Source: Octopus sinensis
Lineage: Eukaryota
Length of the DNA: 12,744 bases
Direction of reading: 5' to 3'
Assembly (NCBI RefSeq): GCF_006345805.1
Contig: NW_021826507.1
Coordinates: 1-12,744, forward strand
Shown here piece by piece: positions 1 to 8,897 of the stretch. The notes below the pieces were generated by a model. The model was given only the letters and a program-made list of their open reading frames with translations, was not told the DNA's origin and searched no databases. Positions within the stretch are counted from its first letter, which is position 1. Every line of letters starts with the position of its first letter. The position numbers and the translations under genes were made by a program.

Positions 1-175
1 AGATATTGTCGAAAATATGTCATCTTGAATTTGAACGCGATTTCCCAGGAATGAGGACCCTGGTTCGAAATTTCTCCAAGTCACCTGATGACGGATGGAG
101 AGTATATCAGCCGAAACGTTGTGTTAACAACAAACAAGATGAAGACAAACAATCGTCAAATGTATATATATATAC
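1..175 (+). mobile_element. Probable Penelope-like element pseudo-LTR fragment carrying a hammerhead motif; may be cut by the window start, ends in (TA)n
   Basis: Contains CCTGATGA...CCGAAACGTT (84-120), the minimal HHR signature typical of Penelope-like pLTRs. Upstream hairpin CCAGG/CCTGG at 45-49/59-63. No recognisable RT or GIY-YIG coding sequence. Boundaries approximate. Confidence 0.5.
80..125 (+). ncRNA. Minimal type I hammerhead ribozyme motif
   Basis: Stem I CAC(82-84)/GTG(121-123) plus a G80-T125 wobble; CTGATGA 85-91; stem II GGATG(93-97)/CAGCC(108-112) with one mismatch; GAAA 113-116; palindromic stem III ACGT 116-119; GUU triplet with cut after 120. Confidence 0.65.
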
Positions 176-590
176 TGTTGAGCTGATAACGTACATTCCT
201 TTCAGAAAATCAATCCTAGAATTTATTTTCTGGAGATCAGGTTGACTGGGTAAACGACTTGATTCGGTGATTAAACTCAGAATGTAAATTAATTTAACTG
301 ACAAGTACGATGTATTATATCATCTAATCTAATTATTCTACTTTCAGCTCTTTTATTGATATAATTAACTAATCAGCCATTATTGGAACTTAAATTTCAT
401 TCGCAATGTTATACAGAGGTTTCAGTAATAGATTTCGCATGAATCAATTTTATTTACTTTTGTTGGCCTACAAGAAATAAATTCGTGAAAAACAACTCCG
501 TCCCCCAAAATAACTTCAGACTTGATGACGTCATTCCTTGTCTCATTGATGCAAAGCTACGGCAGCTGCAACAACAGATATATATATATA

Positions 591-1155
591 TTGGGTTGTC
601 CGGAAAGTTCGTGCCGATTTATAGTCGCTTACCTTTCGACTTATTTTAGATCATGTTTGAGTCCGTAAAATAGGATTTGATACACCTCCATTTAGAGCAC
701 AGTTTATGCTATCTTTTCGTGGAAGAAGGTTTATGTTCCTATAACCTGTTTTAATTATGTAACCCTTTAAAATGGAAGATAAGAAAGTTCATTTTCGGCA
801 CTTGATGCTTTGGGAATCAGACAAAAATTGCTGCAGCTCAGTCGGGATGTGTTACCCCATCCTCCATATTCACCAGATATTGCTCCTTCGAATTCCCAAT
901 TATTCAAGTCTTTGCAGAATGGTCTTAATGGTAAAAATTTCAATTCCTTGGATGACGTAAAAAGATGCCTTGATGAATTCCTTGCCATGAAAGCACCTCA
1001 ATTCTGGGAAGAGGGTATTTTCAGTTTAAAGGAAAGATTGAGACGCATTGTATAACAAAATGGTTCATATTTGGTTGATTAAAAATGTTATGGCAAGTAT
1101 TTATTGGTCTTTTTCTTTCCTTTAAAAGTCGGCACGAACTTTCCGCACAACCCAA
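591..1155 (+). mobile_element. Mariner (Tc1/mariner, DD34D type) internal-deletion derivative, 565 bp
   Basis: 30-bp TIRs at 591-620 and 1126-1155 (28/30 identical); TA duplication at 589-590 and 1156-1157; transposase remnants inside. Confidence 0.95.
772..1082 (+). pseudogene. Mariner transposase remnant: N-terminus joined out of frame to C-terminus
   Basis: ATG 772 MEDKKVHFRHLMLW (mariner N-terminus). A second frame from about 813 reads RQKLLQL..VLPHPPYSPDIAPSN..LFKSLQNGLNGKNF..FW.EGIFSL.ERLRRIV*QNGSYLVD*. The YSPDLAPxD motif has its final catalytic D as N, there is an in-frame stop at 1053-1055, and the central part of the transposase is missing. Confidence 0.9.
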
Positions 1156-1373
1156 TACATATAGAACAGTAATTACAGCATATAAATAGAACACCTCAAT
1201 GACTCTTTAAGGACAACCGATTATTAATTCTCACCGAAACTAAATATTTCTAGATAGGGTATAAGGAAATCAAGGAGGTGAATTTTCTTCGTGACATCAT
1301 ACTAAAGTAATAATAAACATCATTGCTTAAAATGGTAATAAATATGACAGTTGAAGTTAAAAACTTGATTCAG

Positions 1374-1785
1374 TTACTACTCTCTTTCTTTTACTTGTTT
1401 CAGTCATTTGACTGCGGCCATGCTGGAGCACCACCTTTAATCGAGCAACTCGACCCCGGGACTTATTCTTTGTAAGCCCTGTACTTATTCTATAGGTCTC
1501 TTTTGCCGAACCGCTAAGTAACGGGGACATAAACACACCAGCTTCGGTTGTCAAGCGATGCTAGGGGGACAAACACAGACACACAAACACACAAACACAC
1601 ACGCACATATATATACATATATACGACGGGCTTCTTTCAGTTTCCATCTACCAAATCCACTCACAAGGCATTGGTCGGCCCGAGGCTATAGTAGAAGACA
1701 CTTGCCCAAGGTGCCACGCAGTGGTACTGAACCCAGAACTATGTGGTTGGTAAGCAAGCTACTTACCACACAGCCACTCCTGCGC
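1374..1785 (-). mobile_element. SINE family 1 (tRNA head, CORE-like segment, internal microsatellite, 3' tail)
   Basis: Minus strand shows an A-box-like TGGCTGTGTGG, B-box-like GGTTCAGTACC, CORE-like ACCTTGGGCAAGT, a central (TA)/(TG) tract and an AAGTAAAAG-type tail. Homologous to copies at 5467, 6596, 8169 and 11082. Confidence 0.9.
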
Positions 1786-1879
1786 TACTAGTTATGAATC
1801 CGTAATACTTCTGTAAACAAAGATGATAGATTATTGCAATTTACATGCAGAGAAAGAGAGTTCATCCTATGTATTGATC

Positions 1880-2217
1880 TGAGACCCCTTCGTTCACAAC
1901 ACAGACCATAGAATTACACCTAGAACGTTACCCTCCCAGGCACAAGTCCAGGCAAGGTTGTTTATGGAAGACCAGCGGTCGCCCATGCATATCGGCCTCC
2001 CCTCTCCACGCCACCAGTGTTGTCCAAGGTAATGGCAACGGCCGATACAGCTAGGGACCTGTGACGTCGCAACTCATTTCTACAGCTGAGTGAACTGGAG
2101 CAACGTGAAATAAAGTGTCTTGCTCAAAAATACAGCACGCAGCCCGGTCCGGGATTCGAACTCACAACCTCACGATCGTAAGCTCGACGCTCTAAGCACT
2201 GAGCCATGTACCTTCAC
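1880..2217 (-). mobile_element. SINE family 3 (tRNA-derived, CORE-like)
   Basis: Minus strand: A box TGGCTCAGTG, B box GAGTTCGAATCCC, then TTGAGCAAGACACTT...CACTCAGCTGTAGAAATGAG resembling the CORE domain. 3' boundary approximate. Confidence 0.8.
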
Positions 2218-2334
2218 TATATTGTGATATGCGATTAATAAATCATTGGAGAGTTGTTTTAGCTCTTTTTCTTTTAAATAAATAAGACTTAATTGTTATG
2301 AAACCACAATAATTCTCGGTAAATATCTGCGCAA

Positions 2335-2845
2335 ACATGGCTGCATGCTGACGATTTTAGTCGCAGCCATTTTGGGTAATCGTAATGTACTATAATTTCG
2401 GGCCTACCAAAGCCTGGTGAGCGAAACTGATAAAGGTAAACAGACAGGAAACCCGTCACTATTATGTGTGTATGTGTCTGTTTGTGTGTGTGAGTGTGTA
2501 TGTGTTTATGTGCCTGTGTGCTTGCGCGGACGTGCGCGTTTGTATGCGTGTGTGTATACGTCTGTGTACGTGTGCATGTGTGTTTATGTGTGTTTTTAAG
2601 GGTGTGTTTGTGTGTGTGTGTGTGTGGGGGGGGGTTGTGTGTGTTTCTGCCCTCCATCGTTTCACAAGTATTTGGGGTTTTCTTTCATCCCGATAACAGA
2701 ATGGTTCAGCAAATGATCACATAAAGTAAGTACCGTACTTTAAAAATATACATAAGTACTCGGGTGGATTTGTCCGAATTAAACTTTCAATGATACGCCC
2801 CAGCATGGCCACGGTCCAATGACTGCAGCACGTATAAAGCTAAAG
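2335..2845 (+). mobile_element. Old, diverged family-1-like SINE with expanded internal TG microsatellite
   Basis: CGGGCCTACCAAAGCCTGGTGAG (about 2399-2421) and CCAGCATGGCCACGGTCCAATGACTG (about 2800-2825) match the family-1 body and tail, flanking the TG-rich tract. Confidence 0.6.
2462..2645. repeat. Degenerate (TG)n microsatellite
   Basis: About 180 bp of interrupted TG/CG dinucleotides; source of several spurious HT- and VC-rich ORFs. Confidence 0.95.
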
Positions 2846-2957
2846 GTTAAATTCGAAGGCTCCACTATGTCGGTAGAAATTATTAATCTATATTTGCTGC
2901 GCTGCTTCTGATAAAGCTGCCTATATGTATCACGTATGGATATTATTAAACATTTAC

Positions 2958-3127
2958 TATAATTCGTCTGTCTTTAGGTTCCGAGTTCAAATTCCACTGA
3001 GGTCGACTTTGCTTTTCATCCTCTCGGGGTCGATAAATTAAATACTAATTGCGTACTGGAGTCGATGCAATCGACTGGGCTTCTCTTCCAAAATTTCGAG
3101 CCTTGTATCTAGAGTAGAAAAGAATTT
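2958..3127 (+). mobile_element. SINE family 2, 5'-truncated, tail type B
   Basis: GAGTTCAAATTCC B box, GAGGTCGACTTTGC...GGGGTCGATAAATTAA body, and tail CCAAAATTTCGAGCCTTGTATCTAGAGTAGAAAAG shared with 6430-6478. Confidence 0.8.
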
Positions 3128-3136
3128 TATTAAACA

Positions 3137-3532
3137 CTAGCAGTATCGCCCGGCGTTGCTCGGGTTTATAAGGGAGATAACTATAAAGCATTTTTAGAGA
3201 GTTATAGACAAAAAATAGCAAAAAATGCATTAAAAATGGAAAAAAAATTATGGTAATTTTTTTTAATCGTTGACTCATCGTTGACATTTTTAGAGTGTTA
3301 CTTACCTTATATTAAAAAAAAATATGCATTAAAATGGAAAAAAATGAAGGTAAATTATTTTTAAAATCGTAGACTCATCGTAGACGCGCGATAATACCCA
3401 GAAGGGCTTGATATGAATCACGACTATTAGATACCCGGTTTTGGTTAAACTGCACCGCAAAATGTGGGATTAGTTAGGAATCTAAATCGAAGGGGACAGA
3501 CACTCACACAACTACAGTTTTATATATATAGA
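3137..3532 (-). mobile_element. Non-autonomous Helitron, about 396 bp
   Basis: Minus strand begins A|TC (TCTATATATATAAAAC) and ends CTAG|T, with GC hairpin CCCGAGCAACGCCGGG (plus 3149-3164) ending 12 nt from the 3' end. No TSD and insertion between A and T, the canonical Helitron hallmarks. Confidence 0.8.
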
Positions 3533-3879
3533 TATGAATTGGTAGAAAAAATAGCTGTTCAGCCTAAATATTACCAACACATGCAATTATATGACAATGG
3601 AATCATGCCAAATATGAATAATGTATTCGTCTGTCAGGTGTGTTATCAACTCCAGCTGTTTCTGCAGCTGTATTGACTAAAATCTATGCTGTTAATTGAG
3701 TTATAGAAACTGTGTTTTGTCTTAAATGTGATACTCTTCATAAATTAACAAATTAACGTCTAATTTATGTTATTTCAACTAAACTAAAAGTCTTGCGTTA
3801 GATACATTATGTACGCTTTGATTCTGCAAGAAGTAGCAGTACCAGTTATATTGAATCACAATCCAGCTTAAATATTGCA

Positions 3880-4320
3880 TGGCAGAATCGTTAGCACGCC
3901 GGGCGAAATGCGTAGCCGTATTTCGTCTGTCGTGACGTTCTGAGTTCAAATTCCGCCGAGGTCGACTTTGCCTTTCATTCCTTCGGGGTCGATAAATTAA
4001 GTACCACTTACGCACTGGGGTCGATATAATCGACTTAATCCGTTTGTCTGCCCTTGTTTGTCCCCTCTGTGTTTAGCCCCTTGTGGGTAGTAAAGAAATA
4101 AATAACGTTAGCACGCCGGGCAAAATGCGTAGCCGTATTTCGTCTGTCGTTACGTTCTGAGTTCAAATTCCACCGAGGTCGACTTTGCCTTTCATTCTTT
4201 CGGGGTCGATAAATTAAGTACCAGTTACGCACTGGGGTCGATATAATCGACTTAATCCGTTTGTCTGTCCTTGTTTGTCCCCTCTGTGTTTAGCCCCTTG
4301 TGGGTAGTAAAGAAACAAAT
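3880..4320 (+). mobile_element. SINE family 2 head-to-tail dimer, 217-bp period
   Basis: Units start at CGTTAGCACGCC 3889 and 4106. Both share the variant GCGTAGCCGTATTTCGTCTGTCG not seen in the 4666 or 10039 copies. Confidence 0.9.
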
Positions 4321-4665
4321 AATATAATAGCACATGCACCAAACAAGAAAATAACGACGAGGTGGTCACAACTGGAACAAGCTGGAAATAGCTCTAATAA
4401 GTCGTATTATTGGGGATGCATGACATTACGCACACTACGGTGAAAAAATGAGAGGAGCATCTCCCTGCTGTCTCAAGATGCTTGAAGTAATAAGAAATTA
4501 CATTTCGAACCACACCCTATCGTCATCAGCATCTTTTCAGATTAGGAAATAAATGGCTGTATCAAGATCACATTTGATCACTGTCTTCCTCCATTAGCGC
4601 TGATCAAGGATTAAACACGATTGTTCATGCATTTCTGTTGGAAATAATATATAGAGGGCAATACA

Positions 4666-4885
4666 TATTTCTTTATTACCCACAAGGGGCTAAACACAGA
4701 GCGGACAAACAAGGACAGACATAGGTATTAAGTCGATTACATCGACCCCAGTGCGTAACTGGTACTTAATTTATCGACCCCGAAAGGATGAAAGGCAAAG
4801 TCGACCTGGGCGGTATTTGAACTCACAACGTAACGCAGACGAAATACCGCTAAGCATTTCGCCTGGCGTGCTAACGTTTCTGCCA
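4666..4885 (-). mobile_element. SINE family 2, full-length monomer
   Basis: Minus strand GGCGGCGAGCTGGCAGAAACGTTAGC ... GAGTTCAAATACC ... TTAGCCCCTTGTGGGTAATAAAGAAATA. Confidence 0.9.
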
Positions 4886-4969
4886 GCTCGCCGCCGTATA
4901 CCAGGGCATTACAGGAGGGTATAGAGGGCATTACAGGACATGTGCAATTCGTCAGCGCTTGATCGGGTT

Positions 4970-5400
4970 TTCTCAGGCGACCCTTGGAGCGGAGTCTCTG
5001 TCAGCCCCACACACACCTGTGAGACACTTCTTCATCCACGTCGGCATGAGCCATCACCCCAGCCGCATACTCCAGCCGGATACTCATGGGAAAGAACACG
5101 TAGGATCAAACCCGAGTAACATGACCAAACAGTCTGACCGGATACTCCCCAGCCATACAAGTAACTGAACACATGTCTGTTTTTGGTTGGATACATAATC
5201 TGACTAATGGTAACCCATAATCCCGCGAAGAGCGAAGAGAAGCACACTGGTACAAGAGGAGTTCAGGCAGCTCCTAATCCTCCAAACAGTGTCCGTATCT
5301 CGCATCTATAGAGCAAGACGGGGAGACGAAAAGTACTGAAGACCAGAACCATTGTGGTATTAAGATAATGACAGAGCCAAAGTCACTTCTCCAGTATGTC
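4970..5400 (-). pseudogene. Decayed RTE-type LINE, C-terminal RT region
   Basis: Manual minus-strand translation: LWLCHYLNTTMVLVFSTFRLPVLLYRCEIRTL (5382-5287, cf. the LPVLLYGxETWTL motif), GIMGYH*SDYVSN (5224-5186), RLFGHVTR (5135-5112), and a KGRLR remnant of the GRP motif near 4975. Frameshifts and stops lie between the blocks. Confidence 0.75.
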
Positions 5401-5466
5401 CACAACTGTACGATATATTTTGATAAGATTTTCTTTCAGTGTCTATTCGTGATTTACAAATATATA

Positions 5467-5872
5467 GGCGCCGTGCGGCTGTGTGGTAAGAAGCTTGCTT
5501 CCCAACCACATGGTTCCAGGTTCAGTTCCACTATACAGCACCATGAGCCAATGCCTTCTTCTACAGCCTCGAGCTGACGAAAGCCTTGTGAGTGTATTTG
5601 GTAGATGGAAACTGAAAGAATCCCGTCGTATATATATGTGTATATATATATGCGTGTGTGTATCTGTGTTTGTCCCCCATCATCACTTGACAACCGATTT
5701 GGTGTCTTTACGTCTCCATAACAGAGCGGTTCGACACAACAGATCGATCGAATAAGTACTAAGCTTACAGAGAAGAAGTCCTGGAAGTCGATTTGCTAGA
5801 CTAAAATGTGGTGCTCCAGCATGGCCGCAGTCAAAATGACTGAAACAAGTAAAAGAGTGGTAAAATAAAAGA
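5467..5872 (+). mobile_element. SINE family 1, diverged
   Basis: GGCTGTGTGGTAAG head, AAAGCCTTGTGAGTG body, central TA/TG tract, GTGCTCCAGCATGGCCGCAGTCAAAATGACTGAAACAAGTAAAAGAG tail. Confidence 0.85.
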
Positions 5873-5893
5873 ATATTAGTTGATTGCAAGGCG

Positions 5894-6088
5894 GGAAGCT
5901 GATAGAATCGTACCCACGTGGCGCAAAATGACTTATCGGTTTTTTCATTCGTCTTTGCGTTCTGTGTTCGAATTCCGCCAACATCACCATTAACCTTTTA
6001 TTCTCTTGCGGTCGATAACGTAAGTACCAGTTGAGAACTGGTATCGGTGTCATAGACTTACCTATTTTTTCGATATTCTTGGCCTTGT
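5894..6088 (+). mobile_element. Old family-2-related SINE interrupted near its tail; remainder at about 6479-6510
   Basis: Degenerate head GGCGGGAAGCTGATAGAATCG, GTTCGAATTCCGCC, GGTCGATAACGTAAGTACCAGTTG. The tail continues after the younger insert as GGCCTTGTGTCAAAAGTTGATACC. Confidence 0.6.
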
Positions 6089-6478
6089 AATGCGGCGAGC
6101 TGGCAGAAACGTTAGCACGCCGGGCGAAATACTTAGCGGTGTTTCGTCTGCCTTTACGTTCTGAGTTCAAATTCCGCCGAGGTCGATTTGCCTTTCGTAA
6201 TTTCAGGGACGATAAATTAAGTACCATTTTACGCATTGGGGTCGATATAATCGACTTAATCCGTTTGTCTGCTCTTGTTTGTCCCATCTGCGTTTAGCCC
6301 CTTTTGGGTATTTCGTCTGTCTTTTCGTTCTGTGTTCAAATTCCGCCGAGGTCAACTTTGCCGTTCATTCTTTCGTACCAGTTACGTACTAATTAAGTAC
6401 CAATTACGTACTAAGGTCGAACTACTCGACTGGCTCCCTCCCCCAAAATTTCGGGCCTTGTCCCTAGAGTAGAAAAAG
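6089..6478 (+). mobile_element. Chimeric family-2 SINE dimer (tail A unit + truncated tail B unit) flanked by a 17-bp direct repeat
   Basis: GATATTCTTGGCCTTGT at 6072-6088 and 6479-6495; internal junction GGGTA|TTTCGTC at about 6306-6317. Confidence 0.8.
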
Positions 6479-6595
6479 GATATTCTTGGCCTTGTGTCAA
6501 AAGTTGATACCTGCATAATATTGGATCGTGATTAGACCAATGCATTCCTGATCGTGCATCTATTAATATATAACAATAAATGCTGTCATAATGAC

Positions 6596-6997
6596 AGTGG
6601 CTGTGTGGTAAGTAGCTTGCTTACGAACCACGTGGTTCCGGGTTCAGGCCCACTGCGTGGCACATTGGGTAATTGTCTTCTATTATAGCCTCTGGCCGAC
6701 CAAAGCCTTGTGAGTGGATTTGGTAGACGGAAACTGAAAGAAGCCTGTCGTATATATGTATATATATGTATATGTGTGCGTATGTGTTTGTGTGTCTGTG
6801 TTTGTCCTCCTAGCATTGCTTGACAACCGATGCTGGTGTGTTTACGTCCCCGTCACTTAGCGGTTCGGCAAAAAAGACCGATAGAATAAGTACCGGGCTT
6901 ACAAAGAGTAAGTCCCGGGGTCGATTTGCTCGACTAAAGGCGGTGCTGAAGCATGGCCGCAGTCAAATGACTGAAACAAGAAAAAGAGTAAAGAGTA
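6596..6997 (+). mobile_element. SINE family 1, near full length
   Basis: AGTGGCTGTGTGGTAAGTAGCTTGC head through to the GACTGAAACAAGAAAAAGAGTAAAGAG tail. Confidence 0.9.
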
Positions 6998-7363
6998 TGC
7001 ATCAGTTGGGATTCACCTATTCTCTCCTAAAGATATTTTTATATCAAGATGTATAAATAATATAATACAAATACCAAATTGATTTCCGAACTGTTTTGTT
7101 ATATGATACAATGATTTTGTTCTTCAGTTCTCGTATACACAAATATGCACAGTATACTTCCATTTAGTAAAAGTCCTCTGCTGCGCTCAAGGCATATAAA
7201 TTTCATGCAGCTGAAAAAGTAAATTACATCGTTATGACTGTGTAGAATACCGAAATATTTCATAATGTATCCTCGTTTGACAGTTGTATGTTATTATTCT
7301 CTAAGAAACTCTATAAAAACAAACAATGACACGATGCGTTTCATATACATGAATATCACACAT

Positions 7364-7752
7364 GTGGAAGCACTCCGTCGGTTACGACGATGAGGGTTCC
7401 GGTTGATCCGAATCAACGGAACAGCCTGCTCGTGAAATATTAACGTGTAAGTGGCTGAGCACTCCACAGACACGTGTACCCTTACCGTAGTTCTCGGGGA
7501 TATTCAGCGTGACACAGAGAGTGACAAGGCCGGTCCCTTGAAATACAGGTACAACAGAAACAGGAAGTAAGAATGAGAGAAAGTTGTGGTGAAAGAGTAC
7601 AGCAGGGATCACCACCATCCCCTGCCGGAGCCTCGTGGAGCTTTTAGGTGTTTTCGCTCAATAAACACTCACAACGCCCGGTCTGGGAATCGAAACCGCG
7701 ATCCTATGACCGCGAGTCTGCTGCCCTAACCACTGGGCCATTGCGCCTCCAC
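7364..7752 (-). mobile_element. SINE family 4 (tRNA-derived)
   Basis: Minus strand GTGGAGGCGCAATGGCCCAGTGGTTAGGGC (A box) and GGTTTCGATTCCC (B box); possible 9-bp TSD ATCACACAT at 7355-7363 and 7757-7765. Confidence 0.85.
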
Positions 7753-7842
7753 GAAGATCACACATACACTACACATCACTATAAATACACGTGCTGACTC
7801 GAAGAAAGCAAGCTTACAGAATTTGTTTAAAAAATTCATTAA

Positions 7843-7899
7843 CTCTGTATCGAATCATTTCGGGATTAACCCAACAGATTTTCCCACTCATCAGCAGAG
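7843..7899 (-). ncRNA. Type I hammerhead ribozyme A
   Basis: Minus: CTCTG CTGATGA GT GGGA A AATC TGTTG GGTT AA TCCC GAAA TGATTCGA TA|CAGAG. Stem I is a perfect 5 bp; stem III has lost one pair; predicted cut between 7848 and 7847. Confidence 0.8.
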
Positions 7900-8168
7900 A
7901 ATCTGATAAAAAATAAATGAAATACTTTCAAGAACCATGGAAAAAGCAGAAGCAGAAGTCATTTGTACACTTAAGTACCCCAGATATATCTAAATATAAA
8001 TTCTGTAGCAAGGCTCAACACATGCGTAATCAGTCAGAAAAAAACAACTTAGAGTGGTCAGCAGTCCCGAAGTGAAGGGCAATAATTTACTTCTAATATA
8101 GGATAACATATTTTCAAAAAATTTCATCAAGTGGCCAGAATATTAAAATACCTTTTAAGGTGAAAATT

Positions 8169-8539
8169 ACTCTTCTACTCTTTTAATTGCTTCAGTCATT
8201 TGACTGTGGCCATGCTGGAGCACCGCCTTTAGTCGAGCAAATCGACCCCAGGACTTATTCTTTGTAAGCCTTGTACTTATTCTATCGGCCTCTTTTGCCG
8301 AACCGCTAAGTGAGGGAGACATAAACACACCAGCATCGGTTGTCAAGCAATGCTAGGGGGACAAGCACAGACACAAACATACGCACACACATATATATAT
8401 ATACATATATACGACGGGCTTCTTTCAGTTTCCGTCTACCAAATCTACTCACAAGGCTTTGGTTGACCCGAGGCTATAGTAGAAGACACTGGCCCAAGAT
8501 GCCACGCAGTGGGACTGAACCCAGAAACATTGGCAAGCT
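8169..8539 (-). mobile_element. SINE family 1, 5'-truncated, inserted inside the HHR monomer
   Basis: Family-1 tail at 8169 and body to about 8530; both sides resume homology to the uninterrupted copy at 9030-9060. Confidence 0.9.
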
Positions 8540-8675
8540 GGGCAAAAGAAAAAAAATCTCATACCATTATGAGTTTTAAATCGTCAATCACCACATAAAA
8601 TATATTCATTAGTATAAATACACATCGTGTTGAGTCGAGGAAAGCAAGCAACAGAATTTTTTAATAATTCATTAT

Positions 8676-8732
8676 CTCCGTATCGAATGATTTCGGGATT
8701 AATCAAACGGATTTTTCCACTCATCAGCAGAG
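8676..8732 (-). ncRNA. Type I hammerhead ribozyme B
   Basis: Minus: CTCTG CTGATGA GT GGA AA AATC CGTTT GATT AA TCCC GAAA TC ATTC GA TA|CGGAG. Stem I keeps pairing through a G-U wobble; predicted cut between 8681 and 8680. Confidence 0.85.
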
Positions 8733-8839
8733 AATATGATAACAAATAAATGAAATACTTACAAGAACCCATGGAAAAAGCAGAAGCAAAAGTAAAGTCA
8801 TGTGTACACATAAGTATTTCATGTATTTCTTATAATATT

Positions 8840-8897
8840 CTCTGCTGATGAGTGGGAAAAATCCGTTGGATTAATCCCGAAATCATTCGATACAGAG
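8840..8897 (+). ncRNA. Type I hammerhead ribozyme C (best preserved)
   Basis: CTCTG(8840-44)/CAGAG(8893-97); CTGATGA 8845-51; GGGA/TCCC and AATCC/GGATT stem II with a 2x2 A loop; GAAA 8879-82; stem III ATC/GAT with ATTC loop; AUA triplet, cut after 8892. Confidence 0.9.

Noticed and set aside
2289-2724. Cluster of ORFs up to 122 aa on both strands
   Set aside because: HT- and VC-rich translations of the TG microsatellite; the same applies to ORFs at 11060-11496.
3575-3700. Possible exon in the unique stretch between the Helitron and the SINE dimer
   Set aside because: No frame with a consistent acceptor and donor pair and no recognisable motif.
3880-4320. Direct repeats suggesting a CRISPR array or LTRs
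   Set aside because: Units are about 200-bp SINE monomers with no unique spacers, and the context is eukaryotic.
4475-4535. Minus-strand CTGATGA (4529-4523) and GAAA (4506-4503) with AAGATG/CATCTT complementarity and a GTAAT/ATTAC hairpin
   Set aside because: Stem II is only about 2 bp, and three extra bases separate the UH from stem I. It is borderline: a decayed HHR cannot be excluded but is not supportable.
5574-5615. CTGACGA followed later by GAAA
   Set aside because: Lies inside a family-1 SINE where other copies read CCGACCA; no stem II. Chance mutation.
5796-6287. Longest ORF in the track (163 aa, minus)
   Set aside because: Antisense read-through of three adjacent SINE copies, with no domain motif.
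7083-7127. Minus-strand CTGAAGA ... GGAAA
   Set aside because: No stem II independent of the core, and no stem III or stem I closure.
7680-7752. tRNA-like sequence (also 2140-2217 and other SINE heads)
   Set aside because: A and B boxes run directly into SINE bodies and the acceptor stem is incomplete; these are SINE heads, not tRNA genes.
8584-8811. 75-aa minus-strand ORF across HHR B
   Set aside because: Not conserved in frame in copies A and C; the sequence constraint is explained by RNA structure.
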